DNA of 64,000 bases from Mustelus asterias (taxonomy: Eukaryota): contig NW_027590154.1 of NCBI RefSeq assembly GCF_964213995.1, positions 310,001 through 374,000 on the forward strand, in the 5' to 3' direction. Shown in pieces: positions 53,501 to 64,000 of the stretch. How positions within the stretch are numbered: position 1 is the stretch's first letter; every line of letters begins with the position of its first letter. A program made the position numbers and the translations under genes. The notes under the pieces were generated by a model. That model had not been told where the DNA came from, searched no databases, and saw only the letters and a list, made by a program, of their open reading frames with translations.

Positions 53501-54129
53501 CCACTGACCTGCCTTTTTTGTTGTATTACTTTTAGATTTCCGGAATTCGCAGTAGTTTGCACTGTTCTATTCATTCTCTGGATATGGGCATCACTGACAA
53601 AGTCAGCATTAATTGCCCATACTGAGAAGGCGGTTGTGAACTACCTTTTTGTAATAATTGCCCTCTGGTCGGTTTTATTTGTGTTTGACTTTCTGCAGCA
53701 GCTTTGAAACACCTGAATGGCTGTTTTGTCAATTTCAGAGGCACGGAAGTGTCAGCTTCATCACTGTGGAACTGGAGTCACATGTAGGACGGACAGGCTA
53801 AACATAGCTTTTTTTATTGATTCGTGGGCCTTGCACATTACTGGCTGGCCAGCATTTGTTGCCCATCTCTAGTTGCCCTTGGAAGGCAGTTGAGAGTCAA
53901 CCACATTGCTGTGACTCTGGAGTCACATGTAGGTCAAACAAGGTAAGAACGGCAGATTTCGTTCCCTAAAGGGACATTGGTAAACAAGATGGGTTTTTAC
54001 AACTATCAACAATGGTCTCATAGTCATCAATAGATTCTTAATTCCAGATAGTTTTTATTGATTTCAAGTTCCACCATCTGCTCTGGCGGGATTTGAACTC
54101 AGGTCCTCAGAACACTGACTGAACATTAG

Positions 54130-56790
54130 TTACATAGAAATTAGGAGCCGAAGGAGGCCATTCGAGCCTGATCCACCAGTCTTCATGATCATTGATTATT
54201 TCCTATCTCAAGGCCACATTAATGGATTCTGCTCACACCCCCGATACCATTAAAATCTAATCACAAATCGATTTCTTTCTTGAATCTATTCAGTGGCATG
54301 ACATCCTAAGCCTTCAGTGCTCGAGCACTCCGTATGTTCACTAGTCTCTGAAGTGAAGAAATGTTTCCTCATTTCTGTCCTAACTTGGCTACCCTATGTC
54401 TTGAGACTACATCCCTGGTTTGATACTACCTAACCAGTGAAAACGTCCTTCCTTCATCTCGCCTGCCCAGCCCTGTTAGAATTCGTTTAATTATTCATAC
54501 GCTCATTAATTATCAATGTCACAAGTAGACACACACTGCAATGAAGTTGCTGTGAAAAGGCCCGATGGCCACAGTCCAGCGCCTGTTCAGGTACGCTGAG
54601 GGAAAATTTTGGCCAATGCACCTAATCAGTACGTCTTTCGGACTGTGGGAGGAAAACGGAGCACCCGAAGGAAACCCACGCAGATAAGGGGGGAATGTGC
54701 AGTCTCTGCACAGACAGTGACCCAAGGTGGGAATCGAACCCAAGTCCGTGGCATTGTGAGGCAGCCGTGCTAGCCACTGTGCCACTGCATCGCTCTCATT
54801 TTTTATGCTTTGAATGTTGCAATCGCAATTTTATGTATTTCAATCAGATCTCCTCTCATCCTTCTAAACTCGAGTGAATACATGAGGTGGAGATGCTCGC
54901 GTTGCACGAGGGTGTGCACAGTAAGAAGTCTCGCAACGCCAGGTTAAAGTCCAACATGTTTATTTGGAATCACGAGCTTTCCGAGCGCTGCTCCTTCATC
55001 AGGTCAGTCAAGTGAATACAGGCCCGGTCGAAGCAAGTTCGCCTTATAGGACAGTCCCATCAATCTATGTATCAGCTGCACTCGCCAGAGACCCTTTCTT
55101 CGGTCAGGAGATCAAATCTATATGCATTACTCCAGATGTGGTCTTATGAAGACCCGGCATTACTGCAGTAAGACTTCACTAATTCCGAACTCAAATCTTC
55201 TTGCAACGAAGGCCTTCCTAATTGCTTACTGTACATACCTCTCCGATTTCATTGGTTGGTGTACAAGGATACCCAGATTCATTTGTACATCACACTTCCA
55301 AATATATTTTGGTTTGTGCTTCACACACGTATATAACTGTACATTGAACCACGTTGTACTGCAGCTGCCACATGGTCACCCATTCACACAACTTGTCCAG
55401 ATCACATTGAAGCCCCCCTGCATCCTCCTCACAGCTCACAAGTCACTGCACCCTCCTCATAGCTCACAGTTATATATCGCCAGCCGCTTAGGACATGTTA
55501 CATTTGATTTCCTTATCCAGATCCCATGGTGGCACGGGGTCGGGGACCGGGTTCGCTTCCCGGCTTGGGTCATTTTCTGTACGGAGTCTGCACGTTCTCC
55601 CCGGGCTAACGTGGATTTCTTCTGGGTGCTCCGGTTTCCTCCAACAATCCGAAGGACGTGCAGCTTAGGGACATTGGCCGTGCTAAACTCTCCCTCAGTG
55701 CACCCGAGCAGGCGCTGGAGTGTGGTTACTCGAGGTTTTTCACAGTAACTTAATTACAGTGTTAACGTAAGCCGACATGTGACTAATAAATAAATAAAAT
55801 AAGTCGGGATCCTGAAGTACCCCATCAGTCGCTAAATGCCACTCGGAAAAAGACCCATGTATTTCCATTCTCTGTTTCTTATCTGTCAACGAATTCTACA
55901 CCAATGTCAATACATTATTCCCGATCCCACGTGCTTTAATTTGACCTACTAATATTGTACGAGGAACCGTCTCAAATGTCTTCTGAAAGTACAAATGCAC
56001 CACATACCCTGGTTCCCTCCCCCCTCCCTCCACCCACCCCCCGCCCCCTCCCTATTCTATTATTTACAGCCTCAGAAAACGCAAGTATGTTTGTTAAGAA
56101 TTACATATCCTTCTTAAGCCCATGCTGCTTCATCAAATTCCGTTAATGCTTTCCAAATATTGTGCTATCATGTCTTTGATAACAGCCTCTAACATCTTCA
56201 CTGATGCTAAAGTCAGGCTGTAATTCAACATTTTTACTCTCCCTTCCTTTGTACATGTTAGGATTGCATTTGTCACCCTCCAATATATAGGAACTGATCC
56301 AGAGTGTATAGAATTTTGGAGGATGACAGCAATGCACCCAATATTTTCAGGGTCATTTCCATTCATACTCTGGGATGTAGATTCTCAGGCCTTAGTGATT
56401 TATCAGCATTTCACCCTATTAATTTCCCCAGCATGATTTTGCTACTAGCACTGGTGTTCTTCAATGCCAACTGGCTCTTGATTCCCTAACATTTCTGGGA
56501 GGATATTTGTGTCCCCTTTTGTGAAGATGGAGTCAAACTTTGTGTTCTATTCATCCAACATTTCTTTGTTCCCCATTATAATTTCCCTGGATTCTGACTG
56601 GAAGCTACCTAATTTGTCTTAACTAATCTTTGTCTCTTCAGATATTCAGAGAAGCTTGTACAATTAGTTTCTATGCTCCCTGCCATTTTCCTTTCATACT
56701 CTATTTCCCCCCTCGCACATTGTGTCTTCTTTTGTTGAATTTTAAAACGTTCCAAACCCTCAGGCTTGTTGCTTCTTCTGGCAATTTTAT
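54130..56790 (-). mobile_element. Old degenerate CR1 LINE with nested SINEs (54510-54787 minus, 55525-55800 plus) and a Penelope-like fragment (54880-55006)
   Basis: The tail is at 54130-54200, with remnants SVPIYWRVTNA and LASVKMLEAVIKDMI. Confidence 0.72.
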
Positions 56791-57614
56791 ATGTCTTACA
56801 AGTAAGAAGTAAAATTTCCTCTCCTAAAATACATCAGAGAAGAAGATGAGCTTTGGCGAAATATGATTGTTATTAATTAGACAACGATGTTTGATTCAGC
56901 TTAATCAATTAATTGAATTGAAATTCCCCAGTTTCTGGGGTGGAATTTGAACCCTTGCCCGCAGAGCATTACTTCAAGCTTCTGGAATACAAGCTTAATA
57001 ATAATATTGCTATGCTACACCTTAGACTGAAATATCATCACGTCCAATAATGGAACAACTGAACATTCAGCACTTGGTCTCAGGTTGTATCATGAGCTCA
57101 GGTATCTGTTGTGGGAATTGAACACATTGCCATTTGACTCCAACATGATGTTAATTCCACTGAGATAAGACTGTTAACCGATTACAGTTTGTGTTTTGAC
57201 ATGACATTGAGCTCAGTGTGTCTAAACTCTGAGATCTGTGTCCAATATTGCACTGATGCATTTAATTGTCAGAAGCAAGTCTTTCCTTAGCCTTGAATCT
57301 TATTCTGACATGATGCCATTGATTAATGAGAATCCATGTGAAAGTTTCATCAATTCCGAAAATGACATCGGGAAACATGCGAGGCAGAAGGTGGTATGGA
57401 GCTTGACGTTCATCATGCATGAGCTGCACTATCAGAACAGCTGAACGCTGCGTTTGTTTCCTTTAGAACTGAGCAGTTTATGGGAGATTTAGTACAGAAG
57501 TTAAAAGTTATGAATGAGAATCTTTTGCTCATTAGGAAGAAAATGCTATCCATTGGCAATAGGGCCAGTGTATAGAAGACACTGCTTTATTAGTTATTAA
57601 TTAACTGACTCAAC

Positions 57615-59510
57615 CCTCTGATTACATTACACCGGTCCATACTTCTATTTATGTTGTACCAGACCCAGTCTTTAATGATACGGCAGCGGACCCTGTCTCT
57701 CTTTATCCTGCATTCGGTCGTTTTTCTTGTTATACTGCACTCAGCCATCTCTCTGTTATGCTACATTAGGTCCTCTTAAATAGTCCTAGAGTGGACCACG
57801 GATGTGATTATAGTAAGTCGGATCCCATCTCTTTTATATTACACAGGATTTGTCTCTTTACAATACATCAGAACCTGTCTCTGTTAATTCAGCATGGGAG
57901 CATGAATATGTTGCCTGTCGAGCTATTATCAATTACGATACATGTGGGCGTGCCCGTCTGATGCCAATCATTCTTGTTTGGAAGAGTAGGTTCATTTTTT
58001 GCGAATATCTATAAGTAGCTGTGAGAAACGTCTAATCACTCTGCTATTGTGTGGGTAATATTTAGCGTGAACGTTATAACAATTTCTCAATGATTAACTG
58101 GCATTGAGGGACAGGTCAATATGAGCAATGGTGCAGTGCTCTTTGCAATATCTTCAGGCAACCTCTGTTCTGATCCATTTTATTAGTTGAATATTGTGTT
58201 GCACTATGTCAATTTGACACAGATTTTAGCGATAATGATTGTTTCGCCTGTCTTATTTTATTAATAGCATTCAACTGACACACTGACGGTATGAGACAGA
58301 ATTGTGCACTCGCAATATCGCCGGATGGGCTCCCACAGGCTAATTTTCTAACCAATGATTAATTGCTCATCTGTTTCAGAGAGAAATAAAACGAAATGGC
58401 CACAGAACAAGTTATGTTTGAATAGTATTTAAATATATATATTTTCTGCATTTTCCATTCTTAACTTCAGAATTCTTTTTCAGTTTGGGATGTGTTAATC
58501 TGCTTAGGCACTAAACTCTGTTATTCCCACCCTAAATCTCCTGATCTCCCTTTCCCGTCTAAATCAATCCATAAAACTGCCCCTTTTTTGACCATCCTTT
58601 TAGTAATCTGTTCAAATATCTCGTTGCTCAAAAACAAGATACTGCGGATGCATGGGATATGAAAAAGGGAATGCCAGAAACACTCAGCAGATCATTAATC
58701 ATAAATGGAGTGGTATTAGTGTACTTGTCCATCTCTCTCTCTCTCTCTCTTTCCTCAATCAACACTGCAGTTCATCATCTCGGATTCATAATATTAGATC
58801 ATATACCGTTATTATTGAATTAGAATATGATTCTGTGGAACATACGAATGACCATTTTTTTTATTTCTTACTATAGTACGACCATGTATATGCCTATATT
58901 TCACTATACATTGAGTTTAGTTTTATTGCACTGCCCCTCCTTCCGCTATTACTGCATTTAACCATGTATTTTTTTTATTGCACAGAAGTTGTCTCAGTTA
59001 TGACTGTACTACAGCATATCTCGTTTTATCTTTCTTTCAGCTCTGTGTCTGTATATATAACGCAACCTGAAGTTTAATTTATTAATGCACAGGGCTTTGC
59101 TTCAGTGTGTGCTACAATTAACCTTGTCTCAGTAACGTGACACTGTTCACTGCAATAACACATTTAGTGCAGTCATGTACAGTAATGCACTGGGTCATGT
59201 CTCTTTATATACAGCATTTGTCTCATTTGAATCATTATTGCAATAGACCTTGTATCTATTTACATTACATTACGTGCCGCTTCATTTATATTACATAAAG
59301 ACGTGCCGTGATATATGCTACAACAATAATCATTTCTGAGCTGTTGTTGCTTAATCAAGAGTCCACATATGTTACATTAGGCTCCATCTCATATATTATT
59401 GTTCTAGGCTGTACGTCATGCATTACTGAGCGCACCCGTACCTCACGGTGCATTACATTGGGTCCTAATAATAAAGCAGGCACTGTCTCAGTTATTAATT
59501 TTCTATAAAA
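57615..59510. repeat. Further degenerate arrays of the 30-bp minisatellite (57615-57910, 58780-59510)
   Basis: ctgtctctgttatactgcactagaccc-like units. Confidence 0.6.
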
Positions 59511-59545
59511 TGCGTTTGATGGATGAGAAAAGAGCAAGAGCAAGC

Positions 59546-59822
59546 GAGCAGGATGGTGCAGTGGTTAGCACTGCTGCCTCACAGTGCTAGGGACCCGAGT
59601 TCGATTCCTGGCTTGGTCACTATATGTGTGGAGTTTGCACGTTTTCCATGTGTCTGTGTCGGTTTCCTTCCACAGTCCAAACTTGTGATCGTTAAGTGCA
59701 TTGGAGATGTCAAATTCTCCCTCAGTGTACCCAAACAGGTGCTAGACTGTGGCGACTGGGGGATTCTCACAGTAACTTCATTGCAGTGTTAATGCAAGCC
59801 TACATGTGACTGATAAATGAAC
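59546..59822 (+). mobile_element. V-SINE
   Basis: Head, core and subfamily tail. Confidence 0.85.
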
Positions 59823-60049
59823 TTTTAATAAATAGATAGATACTAACTTAGGAAAAGAAGTGTATTCGTGTGGATGAAAGAGGTTGGAAGAATGCGTTTC
59901 ATCTTGTTAGGTCTTGCGCATCATATCTAATTGATTTGGCATTGTGTGCAATAATTTGTTGAAAGCTTGGGATGAATCTTGTAACATCCTCTTGTTCAAA
60001 AGAGATTGAGGAACTCAATTAATGTACACCACGTTGCACTGCAAATGGA

Positions 60050-60240
60050 CACTCGGGCAATTCAGCATGACCACTCCTCCTAACCCGCAGATTTTTGGAC
60101 TGCAGAAGGAAAGCCGTAAACTTGGCAGAAACCTACGCACATACGGGGCGAATGTGCAAACACCACACAGACAGTTACACAAGGCCGAAATGGAACCTGT
60201 GCCCGTAACAATGTGAGATGTCAGTCCTAACAGCTATGTA
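60050..60240 (-). mobile_element. Degenerate V-SINE
   Basis: gggcaattcagcatg..tgtgcaaacaccacacagacagt. Confidence 0.65.
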
Positions 60241-61788
60241 AATAATTGCAATTACTTTTAAGCATGTTATGGTAATTTATTCAGTATTTAATTGTACATT
60301 CTATGCCTCAGTCAATACCTAAAGTTAATTAACTGCTCTGGACGCTCTTGAATGTGATATACAGCTGGCCATTCCGCTGCCAAGGCAATGCATCTTTCAA
60401 GTGACTCACTGAACTTCTCTCCTCTCTTTCTCTGTCTCAGATTGTACCTAAATCAGATAACCTCTCTTCTCACTCTCATTCTCCTTTAGCTCACTTACAC
60501 AGGTACCCATGAGCCGGATCTGGCTACTAGTTCAAAAAAGTGTTTAATTTTTATGCTTAAAGCAATCGGTGAATGAAAAGATGAAGCACAACAATCTCAA
60601 CAGAGAGAAATTCAGTGCCGGAAACAGACCAGTTCACTCACTTACACTCTCTCCTCGATTTCTCTCACACAACACCTAACACATTTAAACTTTCTATTTT
60701 TGAACACCTCTGCGGGAAAAAATCGTTGCTTTAATTTTCCCTCTTTTCGCTCAGTGGTAATCTTCAGTCCATCTTCCTTTCAATTAACATTTTTAAACCC
60801 CAAATATGATCATTTCTTGATTCATTAAAATGGCAATGGAAGTGAATGTAATGCTGAGGCCGGCAGCAATTCTGTGACTGTTCTGGATGCTTTCAGAGTG
60901 AGTTCACCCTCGCAGGCAGGAAGACTGTTCACGGTGATAACATTAAACTGGCCCCGTTTGTTTCATTCTCAGGTAACACAACTTCCCGATTCCTGCTGCC
61001 AGTTCCAAACCGCACATCTCACTTCTGAGCAAAAAATAAATCCAGGGGCCACAATCTGGTGAGAACATCTGTCAGTGCGGCCTATATCTGTCCACAGAGA
61101 CACAGAGATCACATTGCGGTGACATTTACAAATGAGTCTGTTGTGATCTGTTCAGAGTTTCCATTCCTGGACATAACTGGATGGTCAGTGGATCAGTCAC
61201 TGAGCTCCCCCGGGTTCCGTAAAGGAAGGGAATGATAGCTGTTATATTTCATTGTTTGACCATTTTCTCTCCATCTGCTATTTATTTATTGTTCCTCAGC
61301 TTTTATCTTTCAGCATCCCGTTTTTCATTATCCTAACTCTCCCGGTGTCTTTCTCTGTCTATCTCTTTGTGAGTCTTTTGAACACATTTATTAGAATTCA
61401 AAATCATGAACTTGTGAGTGGGGTGATTAAAGAGAGAATATTTAAACTCGAAGGACGGTCGGTAACCAGTGGGCAAAGATGTATTTTATTGTGCAGGGCG
61501 ACAGAAATTTAATTGTTTACTTTTACACAAGAGTTGTTATGAACTGGAATAAAGAGCTTGAAAGGATGATGGCATCAGATTTCACAGTAACTTTGGAAAA
61601 TAAATTAGATATATCCTTCATGGAGCTAAAATTTGAAGGATTTTCGAGAATAGGTCCATTTTAATTGTTCTTATATATCATTGTCCGAGCATCTTTTTTG
61701 TGTCTCCCCCTGTCCTTCATTGAGACTGAATAAAATGCAGTATTTATACAGCTGTCGTCTTGTGCTAATCTTATCTTTTGACAGCACT

Positions 61789-61885
61789 TGTGTGTGTGTA
61801 TGTGTGTGTGTGTGTGTGTGTGTGGGGCGGGGCGGGGGGGGGGGGTGGGGTGGCGGATGGGGGTGGAGGGAGGTGGGAGGGGGGC
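61789..61885. repeat. (GT)n plus G-rich tract
   Basis: Direct reading. Confidence 0.9.
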
Positions 61886-62130
61886 TTCTATTTACAAGCC
61901 ATCGCTTTGAACAAATTAGCATTGGATCGAACTTGTTTAGGAAAAGCACAATAATCCTTAACCTTTATTGCCTCCGATGAGATTTTTATATTTAATCTTT
62001 CCAGTCTTCACATGTCCTAATTCTGTCTGTAAATGTTGAACTGTTTGTAAGAATGAGAAGGAACATGTTATTTTCTGTTCCTCCGAGAGATTCACCATTG
62101 TTACCTCAGATAACATACATTTTTGGAGTC

Positions 62131-63766
62131 AAGAACAACAAAGAACAAAGAACAGAACAGCATAGGAAACAGGCCCTTCGGCCCTCCAAGCCAGAGCAGC
62201 TCCTTGGTCCAACTCGACCAATCGTTTGTATCCCTCCATTCCAAGGCTGCTCATGTGACTATCCAGGTAAGTCTTAAACGATGCCAGTGTGCCTGCCTCC
62301 ACCACCCTACTTGGCAGCGCATTCCAGGCCCCCACCACCCTCTGTGTAAAAAACGTCCCTCTGATATCTGAGGTATACTTCGCCCCTCTCACCTTGAGCC
62401 CGTGACCCCTCGTGATCGTCACCTCCGACCTGGGAAAAAGCTTCCCACTGTTCAACCTATCTATCCCCTTCACAATCTTGTACACCTCTATTAGATCTCC
62501 CCTCATTCTCCGTCTTTCCAGGGAGAACAAACCCAGTTTACCCAATCTCTCCTCATAGCTAAGACCCTCCATACCAGGCAACATCTTGGTAAACCTTCTC
62601 TGCACTCTCTCTAACGCCTCCACGTCCTTCTGGTAGTGTGGCGACCAGAACTGGACGCAGTACTCCAAATGTGGCCTAACCAGCGTTCTATACAGCTGCA
62701 TCATCAGACTCCAGCTTTTATACTCTATACCCCGTCCTATAAAGGCAGGCATACCATATGCCTTCTTCACCACCTCCTCCACCTGTGTTGCCACCTTCAA
62801 GGATTTGTGGACTTGCACACCTAGGTCCCTCTGTGTTTCTATACTCCGGATGACTCTGCCATTTATTGTATAACTCCTCCCTACATTATTTCTTCCAAAA
62901 TGCATCACTTCGCATTTATCCAGATTAAACTCCATCTGCCACCTCTCCGCCCAATTTTCCAGCCTATCTATATCCTGCTGTATTGCCCGACAGTGCCCTT
63001 CGCTATACGCAAGTCCAGCCATCTTCGTGTCATCCTCAAACTTGCTGATTACACCAGTTACACCTTCTTCCAAATCATTTATATGTATCACAAATAGCAG
63101 AGGCCCCAGTACAGAGCCCTGCGGAACACCACTGGTCACAGACCTCCAGCCGGAAAAAGACCCTTCGACCACTACCCTCTGTCTCCTATGGCCAAGCCAG
63201 TTCTCCACCCATCTAGCCACTTCTCCTTGTATCCCATGAGCCTTAACCTTCTTAACCAACCTGCCATGTGGGACTTTGTCAAATGCCTTACTGAAATCCA
63301 TATAGACAACATCCACGGCCCTTCCTTCATCAACCGTTTTTGTCACTTCCTCAAAAAACTCCACCAAATTTGTAAGGCACGACCTCCCTCTTACAAAACC
63401 ATGCTGTCTGTCACTAATGAGATTGTTCCGTTCTAAATGCACATACATCCTGTCTCTAAGAATCCTCTCCAACAACTTCCCTACCACGGATGTCAAGCTC
63501 ACCGGCCTATAATTTCCTAGGTTATCCCTGCTACCCTTCTTAAACAACGGGACCACATTCGCTATCCTCCAATCCTCAGGGACCTCACCCGTGCCCAAAG
63601 AGGCGACAAAGATTTCCGTCAGAGGCCCAGCAATTTCATCTCTCATCTCCCTGAGCAGTCGAGGATAGATGCCATCAGGCCCTGGGGCTTTGTCAGTTTT
63701 AATGTTCCCTAAAAAACCTAACACTTCCTCTCTTGTAATGGAGATTTTCTCTAACGTGTCTACCAT
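62131..63766 (-). mobile_element. Young 5'-truncated CR1/HER1 LINE with uninterrupted reverse transcriptase domain
   Basis: The 545-aa open frame has KAPGPDG, NYRPVSLTS, QHGF, DFSKAFDKVPH, GVPQGSVLGP and FEDD, and ends in a (ttctttg)n tail. There is no endonuclease domain or ORF1. Confidence 0.95.
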
Positions 63767-64000
63767 GATTGACTCCCCCCCTGGGAATAACAGCTCTTAG
63801 TCAGGTGGAGTCAGTCACTCTTGTGGCTGTCATCGGTTTCCAATCCGTGTTTGCCACACAAATCCCTGCGTCACTCATCATGACAAAGAAACCCGCGCAA
63901 GGCCCTAGAAACGATTGCTTCCTTATATCAGGTCCCAGTCTGACTCCGGGTCCAGCTATCTCTGTTAGTGATACACTGGAACCAGTCATTCCAATTATAA

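Larger units (their letters stand above)
37521..53800. repeat. Segmental duplication copy C (full unit expanded by private insertions)
   Basis: It has the same block order as 12808-22270, with extra CR1 and SINE insertions. Confidence 0.85.

Noticed and set aside
4624-59822. tRNA genes, or RSS calls at CACAGTG in SINE heads
   Set aside because: These are tRNA-derived SINE heads with no full cloverleaf and no correctly spaced nonamer.
61173-61184. Exact match to the D2 core ATAACTGGATGG on the plus strand
   Set aside because: There is no heptamer or nonamer on either side, so it is treated as chance.
60400-61250. Unique-looking stretch with GTAAGT donor-like sites (minus) and ETS-like motifs
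   Set aside because: No ORF, acceptor pairing or recognisable homology. A gene cannot be supported without RNA data.

Overview
This is vertebrate genomic DNA from a cartilaginous fish, most likely a shark (shark-type IgM cluster plus HE1/V-SINE and CR1/HER1 repeats). The minus strand carries an apparently intact, unrearranged IgM heavy-chain cluster: leader (13237-13282), V (12808-13112), D1, D2, J (11543-11590) and Cmu1 (535-834). The remaining constant exons lie beyond the left edge. All recombination signals can be read directly (V-23, 12-D1-22, 12-D2-12, 23-J). The 10.7-kb J-C intron holds strand-asymmetric G-rich/CT-rich arrays, AT-rich local duplications and two perfect octamers. Upstream of the V (about 13.5-54 kb) is a nested tandem segmental duplication of roughly 3.5 copies. 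It carries two same-orientation VH pseudogenes lacking leader and promoter, and several non-coding blocks that look more conserved between copies than their flanks (candidate enhancers). The rest is SINEs, CR1 and Rex1 LINE fragments, Penelope-like inverted repeats with hammerhead remnants, and minisatellites. I see no clearly new biological system. The best leads are the pseudo-VH array with its conserved non-coding blocks and the switch-like intronic repeats. Ig exon and RSS coordinates were counted base by base; repeat boundaries and identity estimates are by eye.
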